This document shows, in pieces, positions 60,915 to 64,000 of a stretch of DNA of 64,000 nucleotides. Location: contig JAADIO010000022.1 of NCBI GenBank assembly GCA_013151235.1, positions 4,256-68,255 of the forward strand, read 5' to 3'. A model generated the notes under the pieces. That model searched no databases. It was given only the letters and a program-made list of their open reading frames with translations, and was not told where the DNA came from. Origin of the DNA: Deltaproteobacteria bacterium. GTDB taxonomy: Bacteria > CG2-30-53-67. Position 1 is the stretch's first letter. Each line of letters starts with the position of its first letter. A program made the translations under genes and the position numbers.

Positions 60915-61986
60915 GATCACCCCGAAGACCCCCGGCTCCCTCGGGTACCGGATGCCCGCAGAATGGGAGGCCCATGCCGCCCTCTGGCTTGCCTGGCCCC
61001 ATGATGCCGATACCTTTGCCGGTTGTCTCCGGGAGGTTGAAGAGACCTACCTGCAGATCATCGAAGCCCTCGCCGGGGAAGAGGAGATCCGCCTTCTCGT
61101 ACGGGACCGCGCCCTGAGGGAAGAGGTGGAGCGCCGCCTGCGTGGGAGGGGCATCCCACCCGGACAGGTCCGGCTGATCGAAGCCGGCTACGGCGACGTA
61201 TGGATCCGGGACTACGGCCCCACCTTCGTCCGCAATGACAGGGGGGAGACGGCCATGGTCGACTGGTCCTTCAACAGCTGGGGCGGGAAATACCCGGAAC
61301 TCCTGGAAGACACGAAGATCCCCGCCCGAATCGGGGAACTCTTCCCCATGCCCCGTTTCGTCCCCGGGATGGTCCTCGAAGGGGGTTCCATCGAGGTCAA
61401 CGGGGAAGGGCTGCTCCTTACCACGGAACAATGCCTCCTCCATCCGAACCGGAACCCCGGTTTATCCAGGGAGGAGATCGAACACAGACTGAAATCTTTT
61501 CTCGGCGTGGAGGGTATCATCTGGCTCAAGGGGGGGATCGCAGGGGACGACACGGACGGCCACGTGGATGACGTCGCCCGCTTCGTTGCCCCCGGCACGG
61601 TCGTCGCCGTCGTCGAGACCGACGAAGGGGATGAGAACCACGGGATCCTGCAGGAGAACCTGCGCCGCCTGAAGGCGGCAACATCACCCATGGGAAACCC
61701 CCTCCGGATTATCCCCCTCCCCACCCCCGGCCGGGTGGAGCAAGGAGGAGACCGGCTCCCGGCGAGTTACGCAAATTTTTACATCGGGAACCGGACGGTT
61801 CTGGTCCCGACCTTCGGCCATCCCTGCGACGCTCAGGCACTGAAAATCATCGGCAGCGTTTTCCCCGGCCGGCAGGCACGGGAAATCGACTGCCGGAACC
61901 TCGTCCGTGGCTACGGTGCCATCCACTGCATCAGCCTCCAGGAACCCGCCCGAAGAGTGCAGGAAAACCCCTCCTCTTTTTCTTGA
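60907..61986 (+). CDS. aguA: agmatine deiminase
   Basis: MPAEWEAHAALWLAWPH, C-terminal GAIHCISLQEP catalytic Cys motif. Confidence 0.9.
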   Translation: MTEITPKTPGSLGYRMPAEWEAHAALWLAWPHDADTFAGCLREVEETYLQIIEALAGEEEIRLLVRDRALREEVERRLRGRGIPPGQVRLIEAGYGDVWIRDYGPTFVRNDRGETAMVDWSFNSWGGKYPELLEDTKIPARIGELFPMPRFVPGMVLEGGSIEVNGEGLLLTTEQCLLHPNRNPGLSREEIEHRLKSFLGVEGIIWLKGGIAGDDTDGHVDDVARFVAPGTVVAVVETDEGDENHGILQENLRRLKAATSPMGNPLRIIPLPTPGRVEQGGDRLPASYANFYIGNRTVLVPTFGHPCDAQALKIIGSVFPGRQAREIDCRNLVRGYGAIHCISLQEPARRVQENPSSFS

Positions 61987-62048
61987 CAGCAATTATCAAT
62001 CTGTGTTTTGATGAAAACCAACCTCAAACAGACGGAAAGGAATTCATT

Positions 62049-62729
62049 ATGAATGAGCAAACCCCTGAAAACCCGTGTAATCTCCCCCCCACAGGCGATG
62101 AACTGGAATATCGAAGGATGTTGAACAATTATGAACAATACCTGAGTTTTTATCCGGACTCAGCGGAAACCTATTACAACCTCGGCTTGATACATGCCCA
62201 GTATCAGGAATTTGATCGTGCCGTTTCCGCCTACGAAAAAGCAATTGAACTGAAACCGGAGCTGGTGCAACCCTACCTGAACCTGGCCGGAATCTGTCTG
62301 CAGTTAAACAAAGAAAAGGAAAGTATCGCCCTCATGGAAAAGGCCATTGAGATCAATCCCGATTTTCCCGTAAGTTACAGTAATCTCGGCTACGTCTATA
62401 TTCAGCAGGGACGGATTGAGGAGGGGATCGCCGAATGTGAGAAGGCGCTCAAGATCGACACAAATTTTCTTGACGCCTATGTCAAGCTGGCGATGGCCTA
62501 TTTGAAACAGGAGGATTATGACCGGTTGATTGAGGTCTGCATGAAGGCCCTTGCGATTCAGCCGGAAATCGGGCTGATGCAGAACTACCTCGGCACGGCC
62601 TATTACCACAAGAAAGATTATCGAAAAGCCGTGGAACATTGCGGGCTCGCCCTGGCCCAGGGGTTTGAAGTAGATCCCGCACTGTTAAAGGAACTGGAGC
62701 CCCACGTTCCAAGACGGGAGGCGGAATGA
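62049..62729 (+). CDS. TPR-repeat protein
   Basis: Start MNEQTPE; at least five 34-aa TPR units (AETYYNLGLIHAQYQEFDRAVSAYEKAIEL...). Confidence 0.7.
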   Translation: MNEQTPENPCNLPPTGDELEYRRMLNNYEQYLSFYPDSAETYYNLGLIHAQYQEFDRAVSAYEKAIELKPELVQPYLNLAGICLQLNKEKESIALMEKAIEINPDFPVSYSNLGYVYIQQGRIEEGIAECEKALKIDTNFLDAYVKLAMAYLKQEDYDRLIEVCMKALAIQPEIGLMQNYLGTAYYHKKDYRKAVEHCGLALAQGFEVDPALLKELEPHVPRREAE

Positions 62730-63079
62730 ACCGTCCGTCCCATCAACCCCCGGAGGCCTTCTGTCTTTTTTGCAGGAAAAAAATCGCAAAACCGGCAAAG
62801 AATACCCTTCGTCCTTTGAGCGATTTTCCCTCCGGACAGTGCGATTGCGGAGCGGTCTATGTCTCCGACCTCACGGGGAAAAACGGCGGCGAAGCAATGA
62901 TCGATGCGTTGGCGACGGCCTGTGATAACGACGAGGCCCGCGCTTTTTCCCTGGAAGAGGGGAAAGACTATGCGATGAAGGTTGTCGGCTACGATGCCCG
63001 GACCCATTCCGTCACGAAACGGGGACATTATAAGGACGGGAAGGCAAGGCTCTATTTCATCAAGCTGGCGGCCGTGTAA
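62726..63079 (+). CDS. small Cys-containing hypothetical protein
   Basis: 117 aa; CLFC...CDCG possible zinc ribbon; translationally coupled (ATGA) to the TPR gene. Confidence 0.4.
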   Translation: MNRPSHQPPEAFCLFCRKKIAKPAKNTLRPLSDFPSGQCDCGAVYVSDLTGKNGGEAMIDALATACDNDEARAFSLEEGKDYAMKVVGYDARTHSVTKRGHYKDGKARLYFIKLAAV

Positions 63080-63140
63080 AAGTACAATTCATTCCGGCAA
63101 GCATCACCGATGGAGACATCCGGGGATCGGTCGACTTTCG

Positions 63141-63791
63141 TTATCGGCTTTTGACCTTATCTTCAAGCCACCGGCACCAGTCCTCCATACCTTGCCCGTT
63201 CCTCGCGGACAGGTCAAATATTTTAAGGTCCGGGTTCAATTTTTTTGCATCGGACCGGATCTTTTCCATATCCACATCCAGGTACGGGGCAAGGTCGATT
63301 TTATTCAGGATCAGGACTTCGGATTTCTGAAACATCAGGGGATACTTGAGCGGTTTGTCGTCCCCTTCAGTGATGCTCAGCAGCATGATCTTGGCGCTTT
63401 CTCCCACATCGAACTCGGCAGGACAGACCAGGTTCCCCACATTTTCAATAACCAGGAGGTCGAGTTCGTCCAGGGGCATCTCCTGAAGCATGTCGCTGAT
63501 CATATTGGCATCCAGGTGGCAGGCCCCGCCGGTATTGATCTGGACAACGGGAACATCAAGTCCGGAGATCACTTCGGCATCATGGGTGCCCTGAATGTCT
63601 CCTTCGATCACACCGATCCGGACCCTGCCGTCCAGGGCACGAATGGTTTTCTCCAGAAGGGTGGTCTTGCCGGCGCCCGGTGCGGACATGAGATTGACGG
63701 CCTCTACCTTGTGGTTTGCAAGGAGTGCTCTGTTGCCGGCTGCAATCCTGTCGTTCGCTTCCAGAATTTTCTTGACCATCTTGACCTTCAT
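63141..63791 (-). CDS. hypB: hydrogenase nickel-incorporation GTPase HypB
   Basis: SAPGAGKTTLL P-loop, CHxnC metal site, NKIDL. Confidence 0.9.
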   Translation of the reverse strand: MKVKMVKKILEANDRIAAGNRALLANHKVEAVNLMSAPGAGKTTLLEKTIRALDGRVRIGVIEGDIQGTHDAEVISGLDVPVVQINTGGACHLDANMISDMLQEMPLDELDLLVIENVGNLVCPAEFDVGESAKIMLLSITEGDDKPLKYPLMFQKSEVLILNKIDLAPYLDVDMEKIRSDAKKLNPDLKIFDLSARNGQGMEDWCRWLEDKVKSR

Positions 63792-64000
63792 CCATCCACC
63801 TCCAACTCAAAAATTTCCAGTTCATGCCCGGTCGTAATCTCAAACGCCGCGCCACCGCACCGGGGACAGTTCAGGACAATCGTCTCCTGAGAGATAAAAT
63901 CCGAATTGCATTCCCGGCAGCGGCCGCCCACGGGGATTTCATGGATTTCGAGGGTTGCATTTACCGAAAGTGTCTCGTCCTTCGCACAGTTGAAGGCAAA
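63788..64000 (-). CDS. hypA: hydrogenase maturation nickel metallochaperone HypA (3'-portion; 5' end outside window)
   Basis: C-terminal zinc finger CRECNSDF...CPRCGG and ELEIFELEVDG tail; ATGGATGA-type overlap with hypB. Confidence 0.8.
   Translation of the reverse strand, partial: FAFNCAKDETLSVNATLEIHEIPVGGRCRECNSDFISQETIVLNCPRCGGAAFEITTGHELEIFELEVDG

Overview
High-GC (~60%), gene-dense bacterial chromosomal segment whose gene content looks like an anaerobic deltaproteobacterium-like organism (inference only). Most genes lie on the minus strand in long operons. No rRNA, tRNA or CRISPR arrays were found.

Core metabolism and housekeeping:
- a PII-like DUF190 gene, a dGTPase-like HD hydrolase and an orphan AddB-like Fe-S nuclease
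- rnfC-rnfD-rnfG-rnfE with no rnfA/rnfB next to it, then nrdR, a dCMP deaminase, glyA, rpiB and a family-5 ABC substrate-binding protein
- secG, an ECF sigma / zinc anti-sigma pair, tpiA, pgk and a DEAD-box helicase
- F1Fo ATP synthase atpF'-F-H-A-G-D-C, with atpB/E/I absent from this cluster
- purD, purE, a TolC-like outer membrane protein, a GT2 glycosyltransferase, rimO, lolA, ftsK, uppP, lysA, argH
- aguB-aguA, hypB and a partial hypA

The most unusual part is a ~15-kb minus-strand locus (44.9-59.2 kb):
- three PEP-CTERM proteins
- a ~1660-aa, ~16-heme c-type cytochrome and a paralogous 7-heme cytochrome
- a parvulin peptidyl-prolyl isomerase, an FGE-sulfatase-domain lipoprotein and a DUF1573 protein
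- two of the PEP-CTERM genes sit behind near-identical sigma-54 promoters, each preceded about 150 bp upstream by a conserved inverted-repeat element

Other notable elements:
- a ~181-bp MITE-like element (miniature inverted-repeat transposable element) with ~20-bp terminal inverted repeats in two copies, each flanked by its own 4-bp target-site duplication
- a family of ~80-bp repeats abutting stop codons inside operons (rnfC|rnfD, atpD|atpC and weaker copies)
- a perfect 21-bp direct repeat 100 bp apart in an AT-rich promoter
- a frameshifted cNMP-binding-domain pseudogene remnant paralogous to an intact gene 25 kb away
- a small membrane-anchored tri-heme cytochrome
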